The notes under the pieces were generated by a model that saw nothing but the letters and a program-made list of their open reading frames with translations, was not told the origin of the DNA and did no database searches. DNA of 64,000 bases from Escherichia phage PNJ-9. A program made the position numbers and the translations under genes. The stretch lies in sequence record PQ100635.1. One strand, 5' to 3'. Below are positions 38,134 through 46,560 of the stretch, one piece after another (the first letter of the stretch is position 1; the number at the start of each line of letters is the position of its first letter).

Positions 38134-38850
38134 ATGGGAAAACATAACACAATGAAATATATCAAAGCCGCAGATTTTCAAACCGCATTTAAAGCAGTCA
38201 ATCGTGAAATTTTAGAAAACCCGGAATTCGTAACTGATTCTCGTATTGGACGTTGTAATGAAATTGGGTCTATGACAGTAGTTGTTGATACCCCTTCATC
38301 ATTCAAAATGACCGACCCACGTATTAACCGCATCTCTTATGAATATGCCGAAGACTTCTGGAAATTTATGATTTCTGGTGGTACTGATGCAGAAGAAGCA
38401 TTTAAGGCATATCCTAATGTCGCTAAATTTATTTCTAAACCAAAATCAGATGCTTTGCCTGCGAACTTCAACACTTTCTATGGTCCTCGCATTGCGGCCC
38501 AATTACCAACTCTTCTAAAAGAACTTAAAGAGAAACCTAACTCTCGAAGAGTTGTGTTCCAAATTCTAGAAAGTTCTGATCAGGCTTTGCTTGATTCGGA
38601 TGAAACGCTTGAATATCCATGTACTGACTCAGTGACTTATTATATTCGTGATGGTAAGCTTTATACCCACTGTCATATGCGTTCTCAGAACTGTGCTGTT
38701 GTTATGCAGTTGGATTTTTATCTCCAAGGAAAATTACTTCATTATATCGCTAACGAATGTGGTGTAGAAGTTGGTGATTATACTCATACCATGGTAAGTG
38801 CCCATGTGTTTGAACGTGATTTTGATTATGTTAAAGGATTCCTTGACTAA
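38134..38850 (+). CDS. 42: dCMP hydroxymethylase gp42 (thymidylate-synthase fold)
   Basis: 238 aa; CTDSVTYYIRDGKLYTHCHMRSQNCAVVMQLDF aligns with T4 gp42 active-site region from memory. Confidence 0.8.
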   Translation: MGKHNTMKYIKAADFQTAFKAVNREILENPEFVTDSRIGRCNEIGSMTVVVDTPSSFKMTDPRINRISYEYAEDFWKFMISGGTDAEEAFKAYPNVAKFISKPKSDALPANFNTFYGPRIAAQLPTLLKELKEKPNSRRVVFQILESSDQALLDSDETLEYPCTDSVTYYIRDGKLYTHCHMRSQNCAVVMQLDFYLQGKLLHYIANECGVEVGDYTHTMVSAHVFERDFDYVKGFLD

Positions 38851-39749
38851 TGGCTATTTTCCGCGTACCTATCTTGAGTATGCGGTCTTATGAAACTGGT
38901 CAGTATGCTATCCTTAAGGATGGCAACTTCCAACTTCATTTGCACCGTGCTAATCCAGGTGATGTAATTACATATCCACGTAATGCATCTGATATTAAAG
39001 AATGTGAACGTCTTTTCCCAGAATTTAAGTTTGTTCCATTATGGTATAAAGATAACGCATATAACACTCGTAAATATTTCTGGTCTGAAAATGAATTTGT
39101 GGTTGATTCATTAATTGCTTATTATGATTGTGATTTTCTAATCACAGATATCACTGGATATGACGGCGCTTTTGATGTGGAATTCAATTTCAATATCACT
39201 GCAGACCCTAATAAACCACGTTTTTATATTGACGAATTCTTAAAAACCGATATGTTGTCGGTTAATCGTTCACTTCAAACTACTGTGTTGAATAAACGTC
39301 AAAAGGAAGTGCTGGTTAACGCTGGTGCCGATGGTAATAAGATTATCGTAACCCAGAAAGTTATACGTCCTTCCATCATGCAGCGTCTTGTAGGTGATTT
39401 GGCTCCTATTCATCTAGATGGTATTTTTCATCCATTTCGAATTAGTGACCCGTGCTATCGTTTTGAACAAGTGGTTGAATGTGCAATTCAATTAGGTCAA
39501 CCGCTTTATATAACCGATCCAAATAATAGCTTCGACAGAAATAAGTATCCTGAAGAAGCGCTGATTCGAATTTTTAAACCAACTAAAACTGAGTACTATC
39601 AAATTCTTAAAGGACGTCCGAAGATTCAATATTTCGAAAATCCTGAAGAAGTATTTCATCCAGGTCTTGGCGAGTTCATCTACTTTAACGCTTTAATTTC
39701 TTCGCCGTATAATATACCTAAATATGAAGATGTTGTAATCGAGGAATAA
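38850..39749 (+). CDS. hypothetical protein (299 aa) in the position occupied by beta-glucosyltransferase in T4; candidate DNA sugar-transferase
   Basis: TAATG-coupled to gene 42; no recognisable motif; functional call by synteny only. Confidence 0.55.
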   Translation: MAIFRVPILSMRSYETGQYAILKDGNFQLHLHRANPGDVITYPRNASDIKECERLFPEFKFVPLWYKDNAYNTRKYFWSENEFVVDSLIAYYDCDFLITDITGYDGAFDVEFNFNITADPNKPRFYIDEFLKTDMLSVNRSLQTTVLNKRQKEVLVNAGADGNKIIVTQKVIRPSIMQRLVGDLAPIHLDGIFHPFRISDPCYRFEQVVECAIQLGQPLYITDPNNSFDRNKYPEEALIRIFKPTKTEYYQILKGRPKIQYFENPEEVFHPGLGEFIYFNALISSPYNIPKYEDVVIEE

Positions 39750-39750
39750 A

Positions 39751-40299
39751 ATGGCTAAAATTATTTTAGTAGATGGCCCGGATAATGCTGGTAAAACAAC
39801 TTTCATTAATGACATAATGGAAATTAGTGAAAGATATGTAAAGATTGATTTCCCTAAACGAACAGTTGATGGACGTTTCGATGTTAAGTCTCGAAATGAA
39901 GTTGGCTGTTTCGAAACGATGTTGAATTATTTAGACCCTACTAAGATTTATCTGTTAGACCGTGGATATATTAGTAACTGGGTTTATGGACGTATTCGAC
40001 AAGATGCGGACTCGGTTCTTGACGTTTATGAACAGGATTATGTTCGTCTTTGCCAAAACCATGATGTGTTCACAATTATTTTAACACGTAACGAAATGAC
40101 TGAAAGTTTTGAAGACGACCTTATTACTTTGTCTTCGTTCGGTTTTAATACAGTCATTTCATATTTTGAAGAGTTTGCAATTCATAACGAAATCCAAACG
40201 TATCAATTACTTAATCATGATGGTGCTAACAAAGTTATAGGATTTAATGCAAGCGAACGTAATAATTTGATTACAGAAATTATCAAATGGGCTCGTTAA
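39751..40299 (+). CDS. P-loop kinase (thymidylate/deoxynucleoside-kinase-like)
   Basis: 182 aa; Walker A VDGPDNAGKTT and LLDRGY motif. Confidence 0.6.
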   Translation: MAKIILVDGPDNAGKTTFINDIMEISERYVKIDFPKRTVDGRFDVKSRNEVGCFETMLNYLDPTKIYLLDRGYISNWVYGRIRQDADSVLDVYEQDYVRLCQNHDVFTIILTRNEMTESFEDDLITLSSFGFNTVISYFEEFAIHNEIQTYQLLNHDGANKVIGFNASERNNLITEIIKWAR

Positions 40300-40320
40300 G
40301 AGCCTGTTTAAAGTTTTAAA

Positions 40321-40345
40321 TGCTGTATAACCCTTAGTATATAAT
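40321..40345 (+). promoter_or_regulatory. middle promoter candidate (TGCTGTA box, 12 bp, TATAAT) upstream of uvsX
   Basis: Read directly. Confidence 0.4.
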
Positions 40346-40398
40346 CGTCTTATCTTTTAAACATGAGTAAAATATAATGATGCCTATGGAAAAATACA

Positions 40399-41571
40399 AT
40401 GTCTGATTTAAAATCTCGTCTGATTAAAGCTTCTACTTCTAAAATGACTGCAGACTTGACTAAGTCTAAGCTGTTTAATAATCGTGATGAAGTCCCTACT
40501 CGTATTCCGATGTTGAATATTGCATTAGGTGGTGCACTGAATGCCGGGTTGCAATCAGGCTTAACTATTTTTGCTGCTCCTTCTAAACACTTTAAAACGT
40601 TGTTTGGACTGACCATGGTTGCAGCATATATGAAGAAATATAAAGATGCAATCTGTTTGTTCTATGATTCAGAATTTGGTGCTTCAGAATCTTATTTTCG
40701 TTCAATGGGTGTTGATTTAGACCGTGTAGTTCATACACCAATTCAGTCAGTCGAACAACTTAAAGTTGATATGACTAATCAGCTTGACGCGATTGAACGC
40801 GGTGATAAAGTTATTATCTTTATCGATTCAATCGGTAATACTGCATCTAAGAAAGAAACTGAAGATGCATTGAACGAGAAAGTTGTAGGTGATATGTCTC
40901 GTGCTAAGGCACTTAAATCTCTTTTCCGTATTGTGACCCCGTATCTGACTATTAAAGATATTCCGTGTGTTGCAATTAACCATACCGCAATGGAAATTGG
41001 CGGATTGTATCCTAAAGAGATTATGGGCGGTGGTACAGGTATTCTTTATTCTGCTAACACTGTATTCTTTATCTCTAAACGTCAGGTTAAAGAAGGTACA
41101 GAATTGACCGGTTACGACTTCACGTTGAAAGCAGAAAAATCTCGTACAGTTAAAGAGAAATCTACTTTCCCGATCACGGTTAATTTCGATGGTGGTATCG
41201 ACCCATTCAGTGGCTTGTTAGAAATGGCAACTGAAATTGGTTTTGTAGTTAAGCCTAAAGCTGGTTGGTATGCTCGTGAATTCCTTGACGAAGAAACAGG
41301 TGAAATGATTCGTGAAGAAAAATCATGGCGTGCTAAAGCTACTGATTGTGTAGAATTCTGGGGACCGTTGTTTAAACACAAACCTTTCCGAGATGCAATT
41401 GAAACTAAATATAAACTAGGTGCTATCTCTTCTATTAAAGAAGTTGATGACGCTGTTAACGACCTTATTAATTGCAAAGCAACAACTAAAGTTCCGGTTA
41501 AAACTTCTGATGCTCCGTCTGCAGCAGATATAGAAAACGACCTTGACGAAATGGAAGATTTCGATGAATAA
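40399..41571 (+). CDS. uvsX: RecA-like recombinase UvsX
   Basis: 390 aa; RecA-fold ATPase; position between 42 and 40; T4 UvsX is 391 aa. Confidence 0.9.
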   Translation: MSDLKSRLIKASTSKMTADLTKSKLFNNRDEVPTRIPMLNIALGGALNAGLQSGLTIFAAPSKHFKTLFGLTMVAAYMKKYKDAICLFYDSEFGASESYFRSMGVDLDRVVHTPIQSVEQLKVDMTNQLDAIERGDKVIIFIDSIGNTASKKETEDALNEKVVGDMSRAKALKSLFRIVTPYLTIKDIPCVAINHTAMEIGGLYPKEIMGGGTGILYSANTVFFISKRQVKEGTELTGYDFTLKAEKSRTVKEKSTFPITVNFDGGIDPFSGLLEMATEIGFVVKPKAGWYAREFLDEETGEMIREEKSWRAKATDCVEFWGPLFKHKPFRDAIETKYKLGAISSIKEVDDAVNDLINCKATTKVPVKTSDAPSAADIENDLDEMEDFDE

Positions 41572-41905
41572 TCTCGATGATTTAAATCTAGAAATCGTTG
41601 ATGAATCCCCTTCTTCGGAAGGGGAAGACATTCGCAAAGAACGAGTGTTTAATGAATCTCTTAAAATTATCCGTTCAGCAATGGAAAATGTCATTCAAGA
41701 GATTCTGATTACGCTTGAAGATGGTTCTCATCATATAGTCTATATTACAAAACTAGACTGGGTTGATGGTAAAATCGTAATGGACTTTGCAGTTCTTGAC
41801 CAGGACAGAAAAGCAGAACTTGCACCGCATGTTGAAAAATGTGTTACAATGCAAGTACAACAAGCTTTTAATGAACGGACCAAGAAAAAATTTAAATTCT
41901 TTTAA
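41564..41905 (+). CDS. 40: head vertex assembly chaperone gp40
   Basis: 113 aa from ATG overlapping uvsX 3' end; position between uvsX and 41 as in T4. Confidence 0.65.
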   Translation: MNNLDDLNLEIVDESPSSEGEDIRKERVFNESLKIIRSAMENVIQEILITLEDGSHHIVYITKLDWVDGKIVMDFAVLDQDRKAELAPHVEKCVTMQVQQAFNERTKKKFKFF

Positions 41906-41914
41906 GGAGTTATC

Positions 41915-43357
41915 GTGGTAGAAATTATTTTGTCTCATCTAGTATATGACCAGGCTTATTTTTCTAAGGTCTGGCCTTATATGGATTCTGAGTATTTTGA
42001 GCGTGGACCGGCAAAAAACGTCTTTAAAATTATAAAGAGCCACGTTAACGAATATAATGCAATGCCGTCTATCAACGCATTAAAGGTGGCTTTAGATAAC
42101 AGTTCTTTAACTGAAGCCGAATATAAAGGAACTTCAGATCTAATTGAAAAATTGGCTGATACTCCTGAAGACCACGAATGGTTGGTTAAAGAAACTGAGA
42201 AATATGTCCAGCAAAAAGCGATGTATAATGCTACATCCAAAATCATTGAGATTCAGTCTAATGCTGAACTACCTCCAGAACAACGTAACAAGAAAATGCC
42301 TGACGTAGGAGCTATTCCTGATATTATGCGTCAAGCACTTTCAATTTCGTTTGATAGTTATGTTGGGCATGACTGGATGGAAGACTATGAAGCACGCTGG
42401 CTTTCTTATCTGAACAAAGCACGTAAGGTCCCGTTCAAATTAAACATTCTGAATAAAATCACTAAAGGTGGTGCTGAAACCGGTACACTGAATGTTTTAA
42501 TGGCTGGTGTTAACGTTGGTAAATCTTTAGGCCTTTGTTCACTTGCTGCAGATTATCTTCAAACAGGTCATAATGTTCTTTATATTTCCATGGAAATGGC
42601 TGAAGAAGTTTGTGCTAAGCGTATAGATGCAAACATGCTTGACGTATCACTTGATGATATCGATGATGGTAACGTATCTTATGCCGAATATAAAGCCAAG
42701 ATGGAAAAATGGCGTTCAAAATCCACATTAGGACGTTTAGTAGTTAAACAGTATCCTACTGGTGGAGCTAATGCTAATACATTCCGTGCATTGCTTAATG
42801 AATTGAAACTCAAGAAGAACTTTGTGCCATCTGTAATCATGGTTGATTACTTAGGTATTTGTGGGTCTTGTCGTATCAGAGTTTACACTGAAAATAGCTA
42901 CACATTAGTTAAAGCTATCGCAGAAGAACTTCGTGCATTAGCAGTAGAATCTGAAACAGTTCTATGGACTGCAGCTCAAGTAGGACGTGCAGCATGGGAT
43001 GCTTCGGATATGAACATGAGCGATATTGCAGAATCAGCAGGTTTACCAGCAACGGCAGATTTCATGTTGGCCGTAATTGAAACCGAAGAACTTGCACAAG
43101 CTGAACAACAACTTATCAAACAAATCAAATCACGATACGGTGATAAGAATAAGTGGAATAAATTCCTGATGGGTGTACGTAAAGGCAACCAGAAATGGGT
43201 TGAGATTGAGCAAGAAGGCATGAACACACCTAACACAGTAAATGAAAACGCAGGTGCTCAGATGCGTCAGGCAGAGGTGAATCGTACGGAACGCGTAGGT
43301 AAAGCCAAAACAACCCGTGCTGACCTAGATAGCTTAGCCAATGAGTTAAAATTTTAA
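41915..43357 (+). CDS. 41: replicative DNA helicase gp41 (DnaB-like)
   Basis: 480 aa; Walker A GVNVGKS; GTG start after AAGGAG RBS. Confidence 0.9.
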   Translation: MVEIILSHLVYDQAYFSKVWPYMDSEYFERGPAKNVFKIIKSHVNEYNAMPSINALKVALDNSSLTEAEYKGTSDLIEKLADTPEDHEWLVKETEKYVQQKAMYNATSKIIEIQSNAELPPEQRNKKMPDVGAIPDIMRQALSISFDSYVGHDWMEDYEARWLSYLNKARKVPFKLNILNKITKGGAETGTLNVLMAGVNVGKSLGLCSLAADYLQTGHNVLYISMEMAEEVCAKRIDANMLDVSLDDIDDGNVSYAEYKAKMEKWRSKSTLGRLVVKQYPTGGANANTFRALLNELKLKKNFVPSVIMVDYLGICGSCRIRVYTENSYTLVKAIAEELRALAVESETVLWTAAQVGRAAWDASDMNMSDIAESAGLPATADFMLAVIETEELAQAEQQLIKQIKSRYGDKNKWNKFLMGVRKGNQKWVEIEQEGMNTPNTVNENAGAQMRQAEVNRTERVGKAKTTRADLDSLANELKF

Positions 43358-43363
43358 TAAAAA

Positions 43364-43383
43364 GGAGACTTCGGTCTCCTTTC
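43364..43383 (+). terminator. hairpin terminator (TTCG tetraloop)
   Basis: GGAGAC-TTCG-GTCTCC followed by TTT. Confidence 0.5.
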
Positions 43384-43386
43384 GGG

Positions 43387-43416
43387 GTTTACATCTCCCT
43401 CTAGGCATGATATGAT
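43387..43416 (+). promoter_or_regulatory. early promoter (GTTTAC, 17 bp, TATGAT)
   Basis: Read directly. Confidence 0.5.
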
Positions 43417-43445
43417 GTACTTACACTAACCGAGAGGAAAACATT

Positions 43446-43820
43446 ATGAATATGTCTCAAGCAATTTTTACTGCAATCACCGAAAACACAACTGTTGAAG
43501 TAGTTTCTCCGCTGGCAACCTACGTTATTCTTGCTCCTAAAACTATTGTATCTCGTATGGAAAACATGGGCAAACGTATCGTACAAATTGTTGGAGCCGG
43601 AAATCAAAAACTTGATTATCTGCGAACCATCAAAGCTTATGAACATTTCCAACTCGAAAAAGGTTCTCCTATCCAGGTAGAACTCGTAAATGGTGATATC
43701 GTTCGAGCAATGTTCCATCATTTCTATGCATTGAATGACCCATCTAAAGCAGTTCGTTTAATTGCATACGACGCAAACCAAAACGAAATCAACGCAGATG
43801 TATCTAAATTACGTTTTTAA
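43446..43820 (+). CDS. hypothetical protein (124 aa)
   Basis: GAGAGGAAAA RBS. Confidence 0.5.
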   Translation: MNMSQAIFTAITENTTVEVVSPLATYVILAPKTIVSRMENMGKRIVQIVGAGNQKLDYLRTIKAYEHFQLEKGSPIQVELVNGDIVRAMFHHFYALNDPSKAVRLIAYDANQNEINADVSKLRF

Positions 43821-43849
43821 GTTTACTTCTCCAGTAGTTGTGTTATTAT
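43821..43849 (+). promoter_or_regulatory. early promoter (GTTTAC, TATTAT) with perfect 12-bp dyad CTCCAGTAGTTG/CAACTACTGGAG
   Basis: Read directly; right arm overlaps the SD of the next gene. Confidence 0.55.
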
Positions 43850-43875
43850 AGACTTATCAACTACTGGAGAACAAA

Positions 43876-44193
43876 ATGAAAACCATCGATTGTAAAGCAG
43901 AATTTAAGATTTTTTATCACGGTTCAAGTAGTTCAGCTAACATCGAAAACATGCTTTGTCCTCCTGAGGAAACAGGAGTTCTGTCTGAAACTGGACGTAA
44001 GAAAAACTTGGATCGTGTATTCTTTACTGAAGATATCGGTTTAGCAAAGATTTATGCAGGACGAGCAGCACGCTCTTATGGAGGTGAACCACGTCTCTAT
44101 CGAGTAATTTCTCCGGTAGACGTAGTTCAAATGAATAATACTAAAGGTGCTACAGTTTATCACGCTGAATGGGCATTTTGCGAGGAAATATGA
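43876..44193 (+). CDS. Arr-like (rifampin-ADP-ribosyltransferase family) small ADP-ribosyltransferase
   Basis: 105 aa; FYHGSSSSANI and RVFFTEDIGLAKIYAG...EPRLYRVISP align with Arr motifs from memory. Confidence 0.5.
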   Translation: MKTIDCKAEFKIFYHGSSSSANIENMLCPPEETGVLSETGRKKNLDRVFFTEDIGLAKIYAGRAARSYGGEPRLYRVISPVDVVQMNNTKGATVYHAEWAFCEEI

Positions 44194-44381
44194 GCAAATT
44201 AACTAAAGTTACTTTTATCGGTTGGTTTAAAAGCGGCGAGATGTTCACTAAAGATATCATGTTATCAGGTGACCGTGAAGAAATCGAGTGGGTTACGGTA
44301 CAACTTGCTGAAGTGAACAAAGCATTAGTTAAAGCATTTGTTAATGACGAGAAAGTTTTTGAAGCTGATTTCAGAGGATAA
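44190..44381 (+). CDS. hypothetical protein (63 aa)
   Basis: ATGA-coupled start after GAGGAA. Confidence 0.45.
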   Translation: MSKLTKVTFIGWFKSGEMFTKDIMLSGDREEIEWVTVQLAEVNKALVKAFVNDEKVFEADFRG

Positions 44382-44382
44382 T

Positions 44383-44595
44383 ATGTATTCAACTGTGTTT
44401 AAACCATCAACATACGAATTTGCATCAACTACACAATGGAAAGCTCTTATTCTGGAAGGATGGGAACTAATGATGGACTGTGAAGCATCTGAAAAGTTTC
44501 CACACGGCAAAGTGGACTTCGTTAAATTTGCTGTACGTCCGACTAAACGACAGATTCGTCAAGAAAAACGCAAATTTCGCAAAAGTTTAAAATAG
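44383..44595 (+). CDS. small basic protein, RPTKRQ-motif family (70 aa)
   Basis: C-terminal FAVRPTKRQIRQEKRKFRKSLK; ATG after AGAGGATAAT. Confidence 0.45.
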   Translation: MYSTVFKPSTYEFASTTQWKALILEGWELMMDCEASEKFPHGKVDFVKFAVRPTKRQIRQEKRKFRKSLK

Positions 44596-44597
44596 AT

Positions 44598-44627
44598 GTT
44601 TACAAGCATCGCATACTGTGTTACTAT
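44598..44627 (+). promoter_or_regulatory. early promoter (GTTTAC, 17 bp, TACTAT)
   Basis: Read directly. Confidence 0.5.
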
Positions 44628-44655
44628 CTTTCTATCAACTACAGAGGAAATTGAA

Positions 44656-45024
44656 ATGAAAAAATTAATCGCTTTAGCAATGGTATTTGGATTAACCGGA
44701 TGTGGTGCCCACGGCTTTATCCCTAATAACGTTGGCCAACTGATTTACAATCCGAATGTTAAACAGTATGACCAACCTAAAGTTGAAGTGGAAGACCCGG
44801 TTACTGTAGGTAATCGAATGATTCAAGCTGATGCCCATGCTCAACGTTATCGTGACTCTGATACTGTAGCATTATCAAAAGAACAACGCGTTAAAGAACA
44901 TTGTCTACAGGCTACTGAAATCGCATTCATTCGCTATGTTGAAACAACTGGTAAAGAGCCTACCCAGAAACAAATCGCGAATAACTACGTCCGGTGTATT
45001 GAACGTTTAAACAAATTTAATTAA
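44656..45024 (+). CDS. predicted lipoprotein (122 aa)
   Basis: Signal peptide with lipobox LTGC; AGAGGAAA RBS. Confidence 0.55.
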   Translation: MKKLIALAMVFGLTGCGAHGFIPNNVGQLIYNPNVKQYDQPKVEVEDPVTVGNRMIQADAHAQRYRDSDTVALSKEQRVKEHCLQATEIAFIRYVETTGKEPTQKQIANNYVRCIERLNKFN

Positions 45025-45084
45025 TTGGTTACACCAAAGTTAAAACAAGATATTATAAACATAACAAATCAAGAGGAAATTAAC

Positions 45085-45333
45085 ATGGAATTATTCGTAG
45101 CTAGTTCAGTAGCAGTTTTAATCGCAGGTATTGGTTCAATCGTCATTTATATGTTGCCTTGGGTAATCGCACTTATTCGTGGCACAAAAAGCACAACAGC
45201 AATCTTCTTTGTATCTTTACTCTTTAACTGGACGATGATTGGTTGGATTGGAACTTTAATTTGGTCTATCGTTGCCGAAAAGAAATCTGCTCAGCAGCCT
45301 CAACAAGTAATTATTATTCGCGAAAAAGAATAA
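45085..45333 (+). CDS. Imm-like superinfection immunity membrane protein (82 aa)
   Basis: Two TM helices; LPWVIALIRG...MIGWIGTLIWSIV resembles the superinfection-immunity family signature. Confidence 0.55.
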   Translation: MELFVASSVAVLIAGIGSIVIYMLPWVIALIRGTKSTTAIFFVSLLFNWTMIGWIGTLIWSIVAEKKSAQQPQQVIIIREKE

Positions 45334-45337
45334 AGTT

Positions 45338-45367
45338 GTTTACATTATAGATGGACTATGGTATAGT
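45338..45367 (+). promoter_or_regulatory. early promoter (GTTTAC, 17 bp, TATAGT) with GGACTAT/ATAGTCC dyad
   Basis: Read directly. Confidence 0.5.
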
Positions 45368-45396
45368 AGTCCTATCAAATCAACTAAGGAGTTAAA

Positions 45397-45690
45397 ATGA
45401 AAAAGTTATCATTGGCAGCAATCTTACTTGCGGTATCATGTGCACCAGCTCCAGTTACAGCAGGTTATGATAAAGACCTCTGTGAGTGGTCAATGACTGC
45501 AAATCAAGAAGATGTTGAACAACAAATCTTCTCTGATATCATGAACATCACTAAACGAGACCGTCCTAATATGGTTAATAAAGTTGTTGAACAACTTAAG
45601 TCTGGTGGTATTATGCAGTACAATTATGTTTTGTATTGTGACCCTAATTTCGATAACAAAGATATCGTAACCGAAATCACAGGTGAATAA
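45397..45690 (+). CDS. predicted lipoprotein (97 aa)
   Basis: Signal peptide with lipobox LAVSC; AAGGAG RBS. Confidence 0.55.
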   Translation: MKKLSLAAILLAVSCAPAPVTAGYDKDLCEWSMTANQEDVEQQIFSDIMNITKRDRPNMVNKVVEQLKSGGIMQYNYVLYCDPNFDNKDIVTEITGE

Positions 45691-45691
45691 T

Positions 45692-46342
45692 ATGATTTAT
45701 TACATGCACAAAAACGCACCATTTAAATATGGTAAATTTCCTAATGCACAATGTTATAATATAACGCCGAATGAAAATAATAACGGATACCATATTGGTG
45801 TAATTTTTGTAATTGTTAAAGATAACGAAATCGTTGCCTGGGCAGATTTTAAAGGTACAACATATGATGTTAATCCTGTGCCTTTCACATATTACAATAT
45901 AATGGATTTGGCATATGATTATAATTGGTTTACTCATGACACGTTGGCTCATATTGAAGGTGTAGGATTTGACATCTCTTATTCTAGCTATTCATTATGT
46001 CCTATGAGCCGAGCTCACGGTAAAGATGTATCATATCTTTCAATTCGGAAACGTGTAAACTTCAAACGTAGTACAGAGTATGTTGGTGGACTCTTTGTTA
46101 AAGATAATAAAATAACCCGTATTAGTTATCCTTTAAGTGTAGGTCAAAAAGATGTTGATGTTGATTTAGACTTAACTGAAAGTAACATTAATCGTATTGC
46201 TTCTGTATATTTTGATATCGATGAAAAAATTGTAGTGTGTGGATACGAATTACCACCTGAAGAAAAGGCTGAAACAATTGAAGTCGAATTAGAAATTTCT
46301 GTTGATGACCAAATATTTAATGCATTTATGAATCGAGGTTAA
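45692..46342 (+). CDS. hypothetical protein (216 aa)
   Basis: ATG after AGGTGAATAAT leader. Confidence 0.5.
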   Translation: MIYYMHKNAPFKYGKFPNAQCYNITPNENNNGYHIGVIFVIVKDNEIVAWADFKGTTYDVNPVPFTYYNIMDLAYDYNWFTHDTLAHIEGVGFDISYSSYSLCPMSRAHGKDVSYLSIRKRVNFKRSTEYVGGLFVKDNKITRISYPLSVGQKDVDVDLDLTESNINRIASVYFDIDEKIVVCGYELPPEEKAETIEVELEISVDDQIFNAFMNRG

Positions 46343-46343
46343 A

Positions 46344-46541
46344 ATGACTACTGCAATTTGCACTGGTTCTAAAATTAGTGTTTTTACAAGTTTTGAAGAT
46401 TATGAAGTTGTTTCAAAACACCAATGCCATATTAGCGTAAAAGCTAATGATGGTGTAATTTGGAATATTCCACAGTATGAAGGCACTACATATGAAGTCA
46501 CAGATGTAAATGGTGACAAAGCAATCTTTGTAATTGATTAA
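46344..46541 (+). CDS. hypothetical protein (65 aa)
   Basis: GAGGT RBS. Confidence 0.5.
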   Translation: MTTAICTGSKISVFTSFEDYEVVSKHQCHISVKANDGVIWNIPQYEGTTYEVTDVNGDKAIFVID

Positions 46542-46560
46542 ATATACTCAGGAGGTACCT

